The notes beneath the pieces were generated by a model. The model saw only the letters and a program-made list of their open reading frames with translations, made no database searches and was not told the origin of the DNA. Source: an uncultured Nitrososphaerota archaeon (GTDB lineage Archaea; Korarchaeota; Korarchaeia; Korarchaeales; Korarchaeaceae). From it: 24,812 nt of DNA. The stretch is from the NCBI GenBank assembly GCA_964480775.1, contig CAYZRF010000026.1:1-24812 (forward strand), read 5' to 3'. Positions 23,914 to 24,812 of this stretch are shown in pieces (the stretch's first letter is position 1; the number at the start of each line of letters is the position of its first letter). The position numbers were made by a program, and so were the translations under genes.

Positions 23914-24812
23914 ATGGAAGAAAAAAAGAGGGGTCTTAGGAACGTTATAGCTCTAGGATTTGTGAGCTTTTTCACCGATGTCTCCACCGAGATGATACTA
24001 GGAGTACTTCCAACCTTCATTGTAGAGGAGTTGGGGGCTGGTAAGGCCGTACTTGGCCTAATAGACGGAATAGCGGATGTACTCAATTATGCCTTCAGGA
24101 TAATATCCGGATTCATTTCAGACAAGCTTGGAGTCAGAAAAGTGGTTGTTCTAGCTGGATATGCCATCTCTACCTTCGCAAAGCCAGGATTTGCCCTTGT
24201 TAAAAGCTGGACTCAAGCTTTAGTGATTAGGATAACAGATAGAGTCGGTAAAGGCGTAAGAACTTCTGCAAGAGACGCTCTTCTGGCAGAATCCGTTGAT
24301 GAAAAGTCTCTTGGCAAGGCATTTGGCCTCCACAGAACCTTAGACCAAATGGGTGCCATTATAGGACCTGGCTTGGCTGCCTTTCTTATCTCCTTCATAG
24401 GAATAAGGGGTATTTTCCTTTCTTCGTTTATTCCCGGTTTGATCGCTTTATTCATACTTCTATTCTTTGTCAAAGAGAAAAGAATAACCAAAAAGCGTCA
24501 AGAAGGAATAATGAAAGATGTCAACGTTGTCCTGACGCCGAACTTCACCTATTACTTAGTTGCTGTTGCTTTGTTCTCAATAGGCGCTTACAGTCCCTCT
24601 TTTGTGCTAGTCAGATCTAAAGAGCTGGGAATTCCATATGCGGCTATTCCTCTTGTTTATGCCGCAATTAACGTCGTGCATACGATAATAGCAATACCTG
24701 CGGGAGTTCTTTCAGATAAGATAGGTGGTGCCAAGACAATATCAATGGGCTATCTATTGTTCTCCCTAGCGTCACTTGCCCTTACAACCGTGTCAGGTAT
24801 TAACGTCGTTAT
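23914..24812 (+). CDS. MFS transporter; 3' end runs off the window, so it is not in the ORF track
   Basis: Translated by hand from ATG 23914, it is open to the window end: MEEKKRGLRNVIALGFVSFFTDVSTEMILGVLPTF...ISGFISDKLGVRKVVVLAG...ITDRVGKGVRTSARDALLAES. These are MFS motif-A-like loops and repeated TM helices. Confidence 0.85.
   Translation, partial: MEEKKRGLRNVIALGFVSFFTDVSTEMILGVLPTFIVEELGAGKAVLGLIDGIADVLNYAFRIISGFISDKLGVRKVVVLAGYAISTFAKPGFALVKSWTQALVIRITDRVGKGVRTSARDALLAESVDEKSLGKAFGLHRTLDQMGAIIGPGLAAFLISFIGIRGIFLSSFIPGLIALFILLFFVKEKRITKKRQEGIMKDVNVVLTPNFTYYLVAVALFSIGAYSPSFVLVRSKELGIPYAAIPLVYAAINVVHTIIAIPAGVLSDKIGGAKTISMGYLLFSLASLALTTVSGINVV

Noticed and set aside
1-24812. Scanned the intergenic regions by eye for tRNA or rRNA, CRISPR repeats, IS or integrase genes and long direct or inverted repeats
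   Set aside because: I saw no tRNA-like T-arm or acceptor signatures, no regularly spaced repeats, no transposase, integrase or nuclease-ATPase defence-type ORFs, and no GC-rich structured-RNA islands. A computational scan (tRNAscan-SE, Infernal, a repeat finder) would be needed to exclude them formally.

Overview
The window looks like chromosomal DNA from a thermophilic archaeon. Evidence: an archaeal-type FEN-1, GGTGA-like ribosome-binding sites, AT-rich TATA-like boxes about 30-35 bp upstream of first genes, frequent GTG/TTG starts, 1-4 nt stop/start overlaps, and Glu/Lys/Ile-rich proteins with AGA/AGG Arg codons. I cannot place the lineage more precisely; the FEN-1 resembles Thermococcales FEN-1 but is clearly diverged from it. 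About 90% of the window is coding. I support 25 protein genes: three MFS transporters (two truncated by the window edges and absent from the ORF track), two ABC-ATPase/ABC-2-permease pairs, and a set of peptide and amino-acid-processing enzymes (COG1228-type amidohydrolase, secernin-like C69 peptidase, PLP-dependent D-cysteine desulfhydrase/ACC-deaminase homologue, M55 DppA, M20 peptidase, two GNATs). The rest are a DUF89 phosphatase, a cupin, a DJ-1/PfpI protein, an orphan ATP-cone protein, FEN-1 and several uncharacterised genes. I found no tRNA or rRNA, CRISPR array, transposase or integrase, or long repeat. Best candidates for undescribed biology, in order. (1) A DUF72 TIM-barrel protein with a C-terminal SWIM-like zinc finger, translationally linked to FEN-1; this suggests a DNA-repair module. 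(2) A compact cassette at 8354-9312 encoding a small acidic helical protein, a small membrane-anchored protein and a coiled-coil wHTH protein, downstream of the largest non-coding gap. (3) A minus-strand envelope cluster of ABC-2 exporter, membrane-tethered wHTH regulator with an extracytoplasmic domain, and a secreted CWB2-like/coiled-coil protein. Two of its promoter regions share an AACC-N10-GGTT dyad. All functional calls rest on motif recognition by eye; no database search was run.
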